In this document: in pieces, positions 1 to 12,478 of the stretch
Position numbering within the stretch: the first letter of the stretch is position 1
How the letters are laid out: each line of letters starts with the position of its first letter
Assembly (NCBI GenBank): GCA_963766715.1
Contig: CAVYBH010000012.1
Span: forward strand, 672,001 to 736,000
Reading direction: 5' to 3'
From: an uncultured delta proteobacterium
GTDB lineage: Bacteria > Myxococcota > Myxococcia > Myxococcales > Anaeromyxobacteraceae
DNA: 64,000 nucleotides
Translations under genes and position numbers: made by a program
Notes under the pieces: generated by a model
Database searches by the model: none
Told to the model about the DNA's origin: nothing
Seen by the model: the letters and a program-made list of their open reading frames with translations, nothing else

Positions 1-225
1 GCCCCACTCCTCCAGCGCGAAGGTGGCGTGCTGGACCGCGACGATGGCCCGGTCCGTCCGCGGCAACTTGCAGTGCGCGGACAGCTGGTCGGCCATCGTC
101 TCCTCGGGAATCTTCCCGACGTGGTCCAGAAGGCTGTCGCGGATCGCGATCTCGGCGATCTTCCGGAAGTGGAGTGGCTTGCCTTCCCGTTTCAGCACCT
201 CGACGGCTGCTTCGGTGAAGGTCAT
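1..225 (-). CDS. HARE-HTH (winged helix) domain protein, N-terminal part, runs off the window edge
   Basis: Manual translation from ATG at 225: MTFTEAAVEVLKREGKPLHFRKIAEIAIRDSLLDHVGKIPEETM...FALEEWG, the HARE-HTH/RNAP-delta N-terminal pattern. Not in the ORF track because it has no stop in the window. Confidence 0.75.
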   Translation of the reverse strand, partial: MTFTEAAVEVLKREGKPLHFRKIAEIAIRDSLLDHVGKIPEETMADQLSAHCKLPRTDRAIVAVQHATFALEEWG

Positions 226-364
226 GAAGGTCTCAGGATTCCTCGATAATTTCGCGGCGTAGCTCGCCGCGGGCGATCCCTCATCTTGTGTCGGGGTCGT
301 CCCACTGTCAACGTGGAATCCTTTCGGATCTGCGGACATTTCCAGGATCTGGAGGCTCGAGCCC

Positions 365-2600
365 GTGGTGCGCGTGCGAATCGGAGACGGATGGGCCTCG
401 GATCCCGAGGTCCGGGCGGCCCTGGCCGCGGACGGGGACCGCCTCCCGGCGCGCCGCCATCCGGGCCATCGTCGACGTCCTGGCGTTCGAGGTCGATGGC
501 GTGGACATCGGGGCCGGGCGGACGGAGGGGCCCCTGGCGGAGGGAGTGCTCGCCCTGCTCGGCGCGGTGAACCGCCTGACCGCCGGGCGAGGTGCACGCC
601 TCCGTCCCGTTCGACGGGGGTGCGGTCGAGCTCGTCCTGCACCGGCGTGGGGGCAGCGCGCTCGCCTCGGTCGTCACCCTCGGGCGCCCGGCCCGGGTAC
701 TCGCCCACGACGTCGAGGTGGACCTCCCCCGCCTCGCAGAGGCCGTCGCGGGAGGCGGCGCGGGCCTTCTGCGCGCGGGTGGCCTCGGTCGCTCCCGTGG
801 CGAGCGACAGCCCGGAGGTCCAGCGCCTCCTCCGGGCTGCCTCCCGGCGCACCTCGGTGGGGGAGCCCAGGGGCCCTGGCGTCCCGACCACCCGCTCCCG
901 CCGGCCGCGCCGGCGGCCGCGCGAGCCGGCCTGCAGCTTCGAGCTCCACGACGAGGAGGGGCGGCTCTCCACCTGGAAGGGAACGGGAGCCGATCTCGCG
1001 TCCCTCCTCGTCCGCGGGCGTGTCACCCTCCGCTCCGCCGAGGGCGACGAGATTCTCTCGGTGGACGGCACGCCGTTCCTGCTCTTCCGGGACCTCTGCT
1101 CCGCCTCCGAGCGGCTGGTGGCTTCCCACGGCGAGCCGCTGTCCTTCGAGGTGGCGAGACCTGGACGGCGCGCCACTGCCCGGATCGAGGTCGCGAAGCG
1201 AGCCGTGTCGGTCGACGGAGGCGCGCCCATCGACTGCGATCCGCTGGCCCTCGCCCAGGCCATCCTCGACGGGGCGGCGGACTTCTGCGCGGTCGTGGTG
1301 GCCCGGGCCCCTGGGCAGCGCCACAACGCGCTCCTCGCCGACCTCGAGGCCGCAGCGCGGGCGGCGCTCGCCCACGTCCGGGAGGCCCGAGCAGGCGACG
1401 AGCCGGCCAGGAGCCGCCGCCGGCTGCGCCTCGCCCCGTCGCCCCGGATCCCGGACCACCCGCTGGCTCCGGGCCGGTTGCGGCGGGTCTCCTTCCGTCG
1501 GATGGCCATGGCCGACGTCGGCCGCCCGGCCGGAGCCGGGATCTTCCGGGCGGGCCCCGGCGTCGTCGCCTGCGGCGAGGACGCCGCCCGCGCCTTCGAC
1601 GCGGCCACCGGTGCTCCGCTCTGGAAGGGCGCGGGGGCTTCCCTCGCGGCCATCGCCGACGACCTGCTCGTCACGCTGGGCGACGGACGCCTGATCGGGC
1701 GGGACGCGGGTACCGGCCAGGTTCGCTGGGACCTGGCGATCTCCGACGACGGCGGCGGCCCGGTCTCGCTCGGCGGCACCCCGGACGGGCGCGTGCTCGT
1801 CTTCGCCGGCCCTTCGATCCGCGCCGTCGAGCGCGCCACCGGGGCGACCGCGTGGACCTTCCGATCGCCGGGAGCCCTCCGCGTCTCGCCGCTCCCGCTC
1901 GGCTCGCTCACCGTCCTGGCGGCCGATTCCGGGATGGTCCACGCGCTCGACTCCTCGGGAAGCGTGGCCTGGCGCCTGCGCGGCTCCGGTCCCCTCGCCG
2001 CCCCGCCGGTCCGCGACGGCCGCGCCTGCCTCCTCTGCTTCCGAACCCCCACGGGTGCGACGCTCACCTCGGTGGACAGCCGCCTCGGGGCTCCGGACCT
2101 TCGAGGCCTCCCTCGACTTCGCTCCCTCCGGGGCTCCCCTCCGGTTCTGCGGGCGGATCGCCATCGCGGGGACCGTCGGGGGCGACGTCGTCGTGGCTGC
2201 CCTGGAGGAGGACGGCACCCCGGCGTGGACCGAGCCCTCTCCGCTGGGAGGTGCGGTGGTCATCACGCCGCTCCCCTCGGGCCTCCTCGCGAAGGCGCCC
2301 GACGGCTCCTGCGCCGCCCTCGATCGGCAGGGGCGCGTCGTCTGGTCGCGATCCTGCGACGGTCACGCCGCCCCGCCCGGCAACCTGGAAGCCATTCCGG
2401 TGAGGGGTGTCCTGGTGGTCCCCGCGGAGGAGGTCGACCTCCTCGACGCGGCAACGGGACAGCCGATCGGTCGAATGCCGATCCACGCGCCGGCACGCCT
2501 CCGGGTGGACGCCGACCTGACGACCTGGGCCCTCGACGCAGAGGGGCTCGTGACGGGCGCGCGCCTGCTCGGGCACCTCTCGGTGCTCGACCGGGGCTAG
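365..2600 (+). CDS. PQQ-like beta-propeller repeat protein, frameshifted (at least 4 frame changes)
   Basis: Repeats AFDAATGAPLW, GRDAGTGQVRW, AVERATGATAW, ALDSSGSVAW, ALDRQGRVVW, LLDAATGQP. The plausible reading passes through ORFs 365, 288, 592, 365 and 2055. Confidence 0.7.
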
Positions 2601-3332
2601 ACCCCGAGGAAGAGGCGGCGTCCGAAGTTCACCGCGACCTTGGCGGCGAAGATCCGCTGGGCCGAGGTCTCGATGTCGTAGGGCACGCGCACGTACTCGA
2701 CGGTGCGGGCGTCGGTGTCGTGGACGACGAAGCAGGCCCGGTTGTCGTAGTCGCGCGGCTGTCCCACTGCGCCGACGGTGACGATGTACTTGTAGCCGGG
2801 CCGGAGCCGGAACTTCCTGCCGGAGACCTCCACGACCTCCCTCCCCGCCTGCAGGGCGAAGACCTTCGTCAGGTGGGAGTGGCCGATGAAGGTCACCTCC
2901 GGGAGCTGATCGACGAAGGGGAGCAGCTCGGCCGCCTGCTCGCTCGCCAGGATGTAGTCGTAGGACTCGGGCCGGATTGGGGAACCGTGGCTGAACCCCA
3001 CCTCGCCGATCCGGTGGGTGTAGGGAAGCGAGGCCAGCCAGCCCAGGTTGTCCGGCCGGAGGTGACGGGCGGTCCAGTCGAGCGCGTGCCGGGCCGCGTC
3101 GTAGTAGAACGCGTAGTCCATCCGGCCCGGTGACGGCCGCGTCGTGGTTGCCGAGCAGCACCACCGCCGCCAGCCGGCGCAGGATGTCGCAGCACTCGTT
3201 GGGGCTGGCTCCGTACCCGACCACGTCGCCGAGGCACGCCACCTGGTCGACGCCCCGCTCGGCGATGGTCCGCTCTACCTCGGACAGGGCCTCGAGGTTG
3301 GCGTGGACGTCGCTGAGGATGGCGATCCGCAT
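2597..3332 (-). CDS. Calcineurin-like metallophosphoesterase, one frameshift near 3125
   Basis: SDVHAN, GDVVGYG, GNHD in ORF 2064..3332, then HGSP, GHSH, GAVGQPRD in ORF 2597..3121. Confidence 0.9.
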
Positions 3333-3338
3333 GGGGCG

Positions 3339-4280
3339 TCAACCGCGCGGGATCACCGGGAGGACGTCGACCTCGAGGTCGTCGAAATGGGCCAGCCGGC
3401 GGAACGCCGCGTACCGGGCCCGGATCTCGTGCGGACCCAGGTCGCGCAGTCGCTCCAGGCTGAAGCGCTCCACCGCGAAGCTGGCCAGCACGCTGCCGAC
3501 CACGATGGCGCGGCGCATGGCGGGAGCGTCCAGGGACCCGGAGCGGGCCAGGTAGCCCATGAACCCGCCCGCGAAGCTGTCCCCGGCCCCGGTGGGATCG
3601 AAGAGCTCGGCGAGCGGATAGGCGGAGCTCGCGAAGACCTCGTCCCCGGAGAAGTAGAGCGCCCCGTACTCGCCCCGCTTCACCACCACGGCCCGGGGTC
3701 CGAAGGAGAGGATCTTCCGGGCCGCACGGACGATGTTGTGCTCGCCGGCCAGCTGGCGGGCCTCCGCGTCGTTCACGAAGAGCAGGTCGACCCGCTTCAG
3801 GACCTCGAGCAGCGCCTGGCGCTTCGAGGTGATCCAGAAGTTCATGGTGTCGGCCGCCACCATGCGGGGCGAGCGCACCTGGTCGAGGACGCGGAGCTGG
3901 AGCTCGGGATCGATGTTTCCCAGGAAGACGTGGCTGGAGTCCCGGAACCCGTCCGGCAGCTCGGGCCGGAAGTCGGCGAAGACGTTCAGCTGCGTGTCGA
4001 GGGTGTGCGCCTGGTTCAGGTCGAACTCGTAGCGGCCCGACCAGCGAAAGGTCCGGCCCGGGCGGCGCTCCACGCCCGACAGGTCGACGCCGCGCCCGCG
4101 GAGGAAGTCCAGGTGGGCTTCGGGGAAATCCTCCCCGACCACGGCCACCATCCGCACGGGGGCGAAGAAGCTCGCGGCGGTGGAGAAGTACGTCGCCGAT
4201 CCGCCGAGCACGTCCTCCCGAACGCCGAAAGGAGTCTGGAGCGAGTCGAGCGCCACCAATCCCACCACGAGGAGTGCCAT
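3339..4280 (-). CDS. PfkB-family carbohydrate/nucleoside kinase
   Basis: MALLVVGLVALD...GGSATY, VNDAEA, VVKRGEYGA, DPTGAGDSFAGGF signature. Confidence 0.9.
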   Translation of the reverse strand: MALLVVGLVALDSLQTPFGVREDVLGGSATYFSTAASFFAPVRMVAVVGEDFPEAHLDFLRGRGVDLSGVERRPGRTFRWSGRYEFDLNQAHTLDTQLNVFADFRPELPDGFRDSSHVFLGNIDPELQLRVLDQVRSPRMVAADTMNFWITSKRQALLEVLKRVDLLFVNDAEARQLAGEHNIVRAARKILSFGPRAVVVKRGEYGALYFSGDEVFASSAYPLAELFDPTGAGDSFAGGFMGYLARSGSLDAPAMRRAIVVGSVLASFAVERFSLERLRDLGPHEIRARYAAFRRLAHFDDLEVDVLPVIPRG

Positions 4281-4291
4281 GGAGGGGTGCT

Positions 4292-5413
4292 CTACCCTGC
4301 GGAACCTCGACCGGTCAACGCCGGTGTTCCTTCCTTCGGACGCCTTCTCGGGTCGCCCGGCCCGCCCTCCGCGGCCAGCTGCCCGCACGCGGCCGCGATG
4401 TCCCTCCCCCGGTTCCGCCGGATCACCGCGGTGACGTTGGCGGCGACGAGCAGGTCCCGGAAGGCCTCGACCCGCTCCGGCGAGGGCGCCCGGAAGCCGA
4501 GCCCGGGGTTCTCGTTGTAGGGGATGAGGTTCACCTTGGCGGGAATGCCCTTCACGAGGCGGGACAGGCGGCGCGCGTCCTCGTCCGAGTCGTTCACCTC
4601 GCCGAGGAGCACGTACTCGAAGGTGATGCGCCGTCCCTTCTTCATGGGGAACTCGCGGCAGGCGGCCAGCAGGTCGGCGAGGGGCCAGCGCCGGTTGAGC
4701 GGCATGAGGGCCGTCCGGACCTCGTCGGTGGTCGCGTTCAGGGAGACCGCCAGCTTCACGTCGGTCTCCTCCCCGAACCGGCGCATCTCCGGGACGACCC
4801 CGGAGGTGGAGACGGTGACGTGGCGGTTCGAGAAGTTGGGGCCGTCCTCGGAGAGCAGCACGTCGAGCGCCGCCTTCACGTTGTCGTAGTTGTGGAGCGG
4901 CTCGCCCATTCCCATGAAGACCAGGTTCGTCAGCGGGCGGGGGCCGGTCCCCTCCCCCAGCTCGAGCAGCCTCCGGTTGGCGCGGGACACCTGGTCGACA
5001 ATCTCGCCGGAGCTCAGGTTGCGCGAGAGCCCCATGGTCCCGGTCATGCAGAAGGTGCAGCCGACGGCGCACCCCGCCTGGGTGGAGACGCAGAGCGTCT
5101 TCCGGCCAGGCTCGGGCATGTAGACCGACTCGACGAGCTTCCCGTCGGTGGTCCGCCAGGTCCACTTGATGGTGCCGTCGGTGGAGCGCCGCTCCTCGGC
5201 CCGCTCCAGCGAGGTGAGGCCGATCTCCTGGCCCAGCCGCGCCCGGAGCGCGGCCGGGAGGTCGGACATCTCGTCGAGCGACGCCGCGCCCTTCTGGTGG
5301 AGCCAGCGGAAGATCTGGCGAGCGCGGTACGGCTTCTCCCCCAGGCGCTGCACCAGGGCGTCGACCTCCGCGCGCGGGAGGGAGCGCAGGTCTGGCGGAG
5401 CGTGCGTCTTCAC
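4292..5413 (-). CDS. rlmN: Radical SAM 23S rRNA/tRNA methyltransferase RlmN
   Basis: CVSTQAGCAVGCTFC, MGMGEPL, SLNA, IAAACGQL. Confidence 0.95.
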   Translation of the reverse strand: MKTHAPPDLRSLPRAEVDALVQRLGEKPYRARQIFRWLHQKGAASLDEMSDLPAALRARLGQEIGLTSLERAEERRSTDGTIKWTWRTTDGKLVESVYMPEPGRKTLCVSTQAGCAVGCTFCMTGTMGLSRNLSSGEIVDQVSRANRRLLELGEGTGPRPLTNLVFMGMGEPLHNYDNVKAALDVLLSEDGPNFSNRHVTVSTSGVVPEMRRFGEETDVKLAVSLNATTDEVRTALMPLNRRWPLADLLAACREFPMKKGRRITFEYVLLGEVNDSDEDARRLSRLVKGIPAKVNLIPYNENPGLGFRAPSPERVEAFRDLLVAANVTAVIRRNRGRDIAAACGQLAAEGGPGDPRRRPKEGTPALTGRGSAG

Positions 5414-5415
5414 GG

Positions 5416-6753
5416 TCAGCCCTCGCCGGCAGCGACCGGCTCCGGCTGGCGCCGGGCGATCTCGACCCGGGTCACCCGGCGCTCGTCCGCGCCACGGACC
5501 GTGAAGCGGAAGCCGTCCCGGTCGACGTGGGCGCCCACCGGCGGCACGCGGCCGGCGGTCGCGGTGACGAACCCGCCCAGCGTCTCGTAGTCCCCCTCGT
5601 CGGGGAAGCGCACCGCCCGCGCCTCGCCGGGCTCGACCCCGGTCTCCTTGTCCAGGTACTCCTCGAGCTCGCGGAGCGGGACGGTGGCGTCGGCCAGCCA
5701 GACCCCGGCCCCCACGCTCTTCACCGGGGCGGCCTCGGCGTCCCCTTCGTCCTGGATCTCCCCGACAATCTCCTCCAGCACGTCCTCGAGGGTGACGACG
5801 CCGCTCGTGCCGCCGAACTCGTCGACCACCACCGCCAGGTGGGTCTTGCGGCGCTGCATCTCCTTCAGGAGGCGGGAGACCTTCATCTGCTCGGGCACGA
5901 AGAAGGCCGGCTTGAGCACGCGCTCCCAGGGGATCGGCCCCGCGCCCCGGGTCAGCTCCAGCACGATGTCCCGGACCATGAGGATGCCCACCACGTTGTC
6001 GACCGAGCCCTCGTAGACCGGCATCCGGCTGTACGGGTTCTCGGTGACGATCCGGACGATCTCGTCGCGGGGGGAGTCGCGGTCGATGGCCACCATCCGG
6101 GTGCGCGGGACCATGACCTCCTTCACCACCCGATCGGCGAACTCGAGGACGCTGTTGAGGAGCTCCTCCTTCACCTCGTCGAGCACGCCCTCACGGGTCC
6201 CCATCTCGATGATGTACTCGATCTCCGCGCTGGTGACCGCCGGGCCCGGGGCCACCTTCCCTCCGCCGAAGAGGCGCATGAGCCCGTGGGTGGCCCGCAC
6301 CAGGCCCACCGAGACCGGCCAGAGGATCCACGACACGACGCTCACGAAGGGGATCACCGCCATGGTGATGCGCACCGGGTGGCGCTTGGCGAGCGTCTTC
6401 GGGACCACCTCGCCCGCGAAGAGCACGAGAGCCGTGGCCACGCCCGTCGCCACGCCCAGGGCGCGGGCCGGGGAGAAGCCGTAGGTGAAGGCGACGCCGG
6501 TGGCGATCTCCGCCGCCAGCACGCCCCCTCCGATGTTCAGGATGGTGTTCGTGACGAGGAGAGCCGAGAGCACGCGCTCCGGGTGCTGCACCCAGTCCTT
6601 GAGCAGGCGCGCCCGGCGACCGCCGCCCTCGACGAGTTGCCGGGCCCGGAGATCACCCAGCGCGGTCAGCGCGGTCTCGGAGCCGGAGGCGAGCGCCGAG
6701 CCCAGGACCACTCCGGCGGCGGCCATCCACTGCCATGTCGGCACTCCCAGCAC
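5416..6753 (-). CDS. CNNM/CorC (DUF21-CBS-CorC) hemolysin-family membrane protein
   Basis: SGSETAL, GEVVPKTLA, VMVPR, YSRMPVY, VVDEFGGTSGVVTLEDVLEEIVGEIQDE, YETLGG. Confidence 0.9.
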   Translation of the reverse strand: MLGVPTWQWMAAAGVVLGSALASGSETALTALGDLRARQLVEGGGRRARLLKDWVQHPERVLSALLVTNTILNIGGGVLAAEIATGVAFTYGFSPARALGVATGVATALVLFAGEVVPKTLAKRHPVRITMAVIPFVSVVSWILWPVSVGLVRATHGLMRLFGGGKVAPGPAVTSAEIEYIIEMGTREGVLDEVKEELLNSVLEFADRVVKEVMVPRTRMVAIDRDSPRDEIVRIVTENPYSRMPVYEGSVDNVVGILMVRDIVLELTRGAGPIPWERVLKPAFFVPEQMKVSRLLKEMQRRKTHLAVVVDEFGGTSGVVTLEDVLEEIVGEIQDEGDAEAAPVKSVGAGVWLADATVPLRELEEYLDKETGVEPGEARAVRFPDEGDYETLGGFVTATAGRVPPVGAHVDRDGFRFTVRGADERRVTRVEIARRQPEPVAAGEG

Positions 6754-6835
6754 GTGCGTCTCCCTATAGCGGCGCGCCCCGCACCGGGCCAGGCCGGGCG
6801 GGGCGCATCACTGCGACCTCAATGAAAACGACTGG

Positions 6836-7279
6836 TTACCGCTTGCCCTTCCACTCGTAGGGGACGATCTCCACCTCGGGGAAGAAGTAGGAGATCTCGA
6901 CCTTGGCCGTCTCCGGCGCGTCGGACCCGTGGACCGTGTTCTTCTCGATGTCGGTGGCGAAGTCGGCCCGGATGGTCCCGGCGGCGGCCTTCTTGGGGTC
7001 CGTCGCCCCCATCACCTCGCGGTTCTTCGCGATGGCGCCCTCGCCCTCGAGCACCATGAGGACGACCGGACCGCCCGTCATGAACTTCACCAGGTCGGCG
7101 AAGAACGGACGCGCCCGGTGCACCCCGTAGAAGCCCTCGGCCTCGGCCTGCGACAGCTGCTTCAGCTTGATCGCAATCGGCTTCAGGCCGGCGGCCTCGA
7201 AGCGGGAGATGACGCGGCCGATGACACCCTTCTCGACCCCGTCCGGCTTGATGATGGAAAACGTCCTCTCGATCGCCAT
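6836..7279 (-). CDS. ndk: Nucleoside diphosphate kinase
   Basis: [18 protein letters not shown] catalytic His motif. Confidence 0.97.
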   Translation of the reverse strand: MAIERTFSIIKPDGVEKGVIGRVISRFEAAGLKPIAIKLKQLSQAEAEGFYGVHRARPFFADLVKFMTGGPVVLMVLEGEGAIAKNREVMGATDPKKAAAGTIRADFATDIEKNTVHGSDAPETAKVEISYFFPEVEIVPYEWKGKR

Positions 7280-7295
7280 GTGTCGCTCCTGTTCG

Positions 7296-8313
7296 CTACC
7301 GCTTGGATGAACGCTTCGCGACGGCGCCGCGGGCGGCCGGCTTCGCCGCCTTGCCACCCTTCGCGGGAGCCTTCGCCGCCGCCTTCGAGACGACCTTCGC
7401 CCCGCGCTTCGACTCGTCCCGGGCGCGCGGCTTGCGTCCGGAGAGCATGTCCTTCATGGCCTTGCCCAGCGTCGACGGGGATTCGCAGACGACGATCCCG
7501 GCGTCCCGCATGATGGCCATCTTCGCCTCGGCGGTGTCGCCGCCGCCGGAGATGACCGCGCCGGCGTGCCCCATGCGCTTGCCCGGCGGGGCGGTCCGGC
7601 CGGCGATGAAGCCCACGACCGGCTTGGTCATGTTGGCCTTCACCCACTCCGCGCCCCGGGCCTCCTCGGTGCCGCCGATCTCGCCGATCATGATGACGCC
7701 GTCGGTGGCCGGATCGGCCTCGAAGAGGCGAAGCACCTCGATGAACTCGAGGCCGTGGACCGGGTCTCCGCCGATGCCGACCGCGGTCGACTGCCCCAGG
7801 CCGATCTGGGTGAGCTGGAGCACCGCCTCGTAGGTGAGCGTCCCGGAGCGGGAGACCACGCCGATCCGGCCCGGGCGGTGGATGTGCCCGGGCATGATGC
7901 CGATCTTGCACTGCCCCGGCGTGATGACGCCCGGGCAGTTGGGACCGAGGAGCTTCACGCCCGGCTGGTCCTGCAGGAAGCGCTTCACCCGGATCATGTC
8001 CATGACCGGGATGCCCTCGGTGATGGCCACGACGAGCGGGATGCCGGCGTCGGCGGACTCGAGGATCGCGTCGGCCGAGTACGGGAGGCGGGACGAAGAT
8101 GGCGGACGCGTTGGCGCCGGTCTCCCGCACCGCCTGCTCGACGGTGTTGAAGATCGGGACCTGGCCCTGGAAGCGGGTGCCGCCGCGCCCTGGCGTCACG
8201 CCGGCCACGACCTGCGTCCCGTAGGCCAGCATCTGCTCGGAGTGGAAGCTGCCGGCCGAGCCGGTGATGCCCTGGACCACCACGCGGGTGTTTCTGTCGA
8301 CGAGGATGCTCAC
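7296..8313 (-). CDS. sucD: Succinyl-CoA synthetase alpha subunit, one frameshift near 8085
   Basis: [18 protein letters not shown], then [28 protein letters not shown]. Confidence 0.95.
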
Positions 8314-8331
8314 GGTCAGGCCTCCGCGCGC

Positions 8332-9504
8332 CTAGCCCTTCGAGGAACGGACCGCCGCCACGACCTTCTGGGCGGCGTCGCCGAGGTCGTCGGCAGCGAT
8401 GATGTCGAGGCCGCTCTTGGCCAGGATCTCGTTGCCCAGCTCCACGTTGGTGCCCTGGAGCCGGACGACGAGCGGCATCGAGAGCCCGACCTGCCGGGCC
8501 GCGGCGACCACGCCGTTGGCGATGACGTCGCACTTCATGATGCCGCCGAAGATGTTCACCAGCACCGCCTTCACCTTGGGGTCCTGGAGGATGATCTTGA
8601 ACGCGGCGGTGACCTTCTTCTCGTCGGCGCCGCCTCCGACGTCGAGGAAGTTGGCGGGCGCGCCGCCGGCCAGCTGGATCACGTCCATGGTGGCCATGGC
8701 CAGGCCGGCCCCGTTCACCATGCAGCCGATGTTCCCGTCGAGTGCGATGTAGGCCAGGTCGTACTCCTTGGCCTGCGTCTCCTTGGGATCCTCCTCGCCC
8801 GGATCGCGCATCGCGGCCACCTCGGGGTGGCGGTAGAGCGCGTTGTCGTCGAAGTTGAGCTTGGCGTCGAGCGCGATGACCGCTCCGGAGGCGCTCACCA
8901 CGAGCGGGTTCACCTCGGCGATGGTGGCGTCCGTGGCCGCCGCGGCGGCGTAGAGGCCGGTGGAGAAGCGCACGAAGGCGCCCACGCTGTCGCCCTGCAG
9001 GCCGAGCTGGAAGGCCAGCTGGCGCGCCTGGAACGGCATGAACCCGACCAGCGGGTCGACGCTCTCCTTCAGGATCTTCTCGGGGTGGGCCCGGGCCACC
9101 TCCTCGACGTCCATCCCGCCCTCGGACGAGGCCATCACCGTCATCCGGCCGCGCTCGCGGTCGAGCGCGATGCCCAGGTAGAGCTCGCGGGCGATCCGCA
9201 CGCCCTCCTCGATGTAGAGCTTGCGGACCTCCTGCCCTTCCGGTCCCGTCTGGGGCGTGTGGAGGACCATCCCCAGGAGCGACTCGGCGTGCAGGCGAGC
9301 CTCCTCGGGGGAGCGGGCCAGCTTGATGCCGCCCGCCTTCCCTCGCCCGCCCGCGTGGATCTGGGCCTTCACGGCGCAGATGCCGCCGCCGAGCTGGCGT
9401 GCGGCTCCCTCGGCCTGGAGCGGAGTCGTGGCGAGGATTCCTCGCGGAATCGCCACCCCGAACTTCTTGAGGATCTCCTTGGCCTGGTACTCGTGAATCT
9501 TCAC
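8332..9504 (-). CDS. sucC: Succinyl-CoA synthetase beta subunit
   Basis: [43 protein letters not shown]. Confidence 0.97.
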   Translation of the reverse strand: MKIHEYQAKEILKKFGVAIPRGILATTPLQAEGAARQLGGGICAVKAQIHAGGRGKAGGIKLARSPEEARLHAESLLGMVLHTPQTGPEGQEVRKLYIEEGVRIARELYLGIALDRERGRMTVMASSEGGMDVEEVARAHPEKILKESVDPLVGFMPFQARQLAFQLGLQGDSVGAFVRFSTGLYAAAAATDATIAEVNPLVVSASGAVIALDAKLNFDDNALYRHPEVAAMRDPGEEDPKETQAKEYDLAYIALDGNIGCMVNGAGLAMATMDVIQLAGGAPANFLDVGGGADEKKVTAAFKIILQDPKVKAVLVNIFGGIMKCDVIANGVVAAARQVGLSMPLVVRLQGTNVELGNEILAKSGLDIIAADDLGDAAQKVVAAVRSSKG

Positions 9505-9649
9505 CGTGGGCCTCCTCTTGCGTCTCCCTGCAGGGGCCGGAGCCTCCCGCGGGCCTACCTTTTATCCGTTCCGGCCACCCCGGGGCGAAGAAAAGCCGCG
9601 GACCCGCCCCGGTGCTGCCCGGGAGGGGTCCGCGCGGGGGTTCGCCGTG

Positions 9650-10717
<1,068 letters not shown>

Positions 10718-11381
10718 TCACTCCGGCAGAGCGCAGCGCAGCTCGACGGCCGGCGTCCGGAGGGCGTCGTTCACCCGCGGATCGGTCGCTGCTGCGAGCT
10801 CGACCTCCCGCTCGACGCCGAAGCTCGTCCGGACGTGCGTGGGCCGCATGCCCGGGATGCATCATGATCTCGGTGGTCCCTCCGGGGAGTCCCGAGACGG
10901 CGGCGAGCAGCCGCGCCGGCGTCCAGCACGGGCGCAGCGACGCGTCTCCGAGGAAGTGATCGCACGCCCGGGCGCCCGAGGCGCGGATGCGGTCCCGCAT
11001 GGGCGCGTCGAGCGCGCGCACGCGCAGCCGCAGCGGGCCGGCGACCCGCAGGAGCGCCGCCAGCACCGGGGGCTCGGCGTGCACGTGCCTGTGTCCGTCT
11101 ACGTGAACGGGCGGCGCGCCGCGGATGGACTCGAAGAGCCGGAGCTGCCGGACGATCTCCCGGCCCGCCACCTCCTCCTCCGTTCCCGAAGGCAACGCCA
11201 GGTGCAGCCCGAGCCCGAGCGTGACCGGCGCCGCCGCCAGCGCAGCCCCTGCGAGCGGTCCGTCCACGAACGCGCTCGCCGCGGTGACGATGCCGTGGGC
11301 GTGGGCCTCGAGGATGCCCTGATCGATGGCCGGGTCGTAGCCGAGGTCGTCGGCCACCACCAGCACGGCCCTCCGGTTCAC
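10718..11381 (-). CDS. ChbG/HpnK (YdjC-like) deacetylase, frameshift near 10850
   Basis: VADDLG, GLHL, HVDGHRHVH, EIMMHPG; the shifted frame continues REVELAAATDPRV to TGA at 10718. Confidence 0.8.
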
Positions 11382-12456
11382 GCCGGGAGCTCCACCGTGA
11401 AGCGGGCTCCATGCCCGGGAGATCCCTCGGCGTGGATGCGGCCGGCGTGGGCCTCGACAATCTCCCGGGTCACGTAGAGTCCCAGCCCGAGCCCCGGGTA
11501 GTGCTGCGCCGGCGCAGCACGCTCGAAGCGGCCGAAGATCCGCTCTCGCTGGTCGGCCTGGATGCCCACGCCCCGGTCGCTCACCGTCAACCGGACGAGC
11601 GCCCCGTCCCGCTCGACGCGGACCTCGACCGGCTTCCCCTCGCCGAACTTCACCGCGTTGGCGAGGAGGTTCTCGATGACCTGCTCGATCCGGACCCGGT
11701 CGAGCGACGCCACGACCGGCTCGGGCGCGACCACCTGCACCTGCGAGCCATTGGCCATGCCCGGGTCGGCCTGGTAGGGCGCGGCCACCTCCTGGGCCAG
11801 CGCCGCCAGGTCGACGGGCTCCCGGGACAGCTCGAGCCGCCCGAGCCGGATGCGGGAGAGGTCGAGCAGGGCCTCCACCAGGCCCGCGAGCCGCCGGACC
11901 TGCCGGTCGAGCGCGGTCATCCGCTCCCGGACGGGTCGGGCACCGAGGCTCCCGATCGCTCGACGACCCGCTGGAGCATCTGGAGCTGCACGTGGAGCGC
12001 GGTGACCGGCGTCCGCAGCTCGTGCGAGGCGATGGAGAGGAACTCGTCGCGCGCCCGGACGTCCTCGCGCGCCTGCCGGTAGAGCAGCGCCTTGGCCTCG
12101 ACGCGACGCCGCTCGGAGACGTCGCGGACCGCCGCGATGGCCCAGCTGCCCTCGCTCGACCGGATGGGCGCCAGGCTGATCTCCGCCGGGAACTCGCTGC
12201 CGTCCTTGCGCAGCGCGGCCAGGTCGGAGCCGAGCCCCATCGGACGCGGGCGGGGCGCGCGATGGAACCCCTCGCGAAGGCCGCGGTGGCCGCCGCGGAA
12301 GCGCGCCGGCAGGAGCATCTCCACGGCCTGCCCCACCATCTCCGACCGCTCCCAGCCGAAGAGGTCCACCATCACGGCGTTGGCGTAGACGATCGTCCCG
12401 TCGGGGTCGGCGACGACGATTCCGTCGGGGACGAATTCGAGGAGGGAGAAGTCCAT
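11378..12456 (-). CDS. PAS-domain sensor histidine kinase, frameshift near 11925
   Basis: PDGIVVAD...RKDGSEFPAEISL (PAS), ASHELRTP (H box), NLLANAVKF, DRGVGI, GLGLGL. Confidence 0.9.
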
Positions 12457-12478
12457 CGCGGCCGTCCTCGCAGGGATC

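Noticed and set aside
3339..4280. PfkB kinase as the missing PsuK
   Set aside because: It is 30 kb from psuG and has no distinguishing PsuK features; substrate cannot be assigned from the sequence.
8080..8100. Programmed ribosomal frameshift in sucD or the other broken genes
   Set aside because: No slippery heptamer or stimulatory structure seen; the many similar breaks point to sequencing error.
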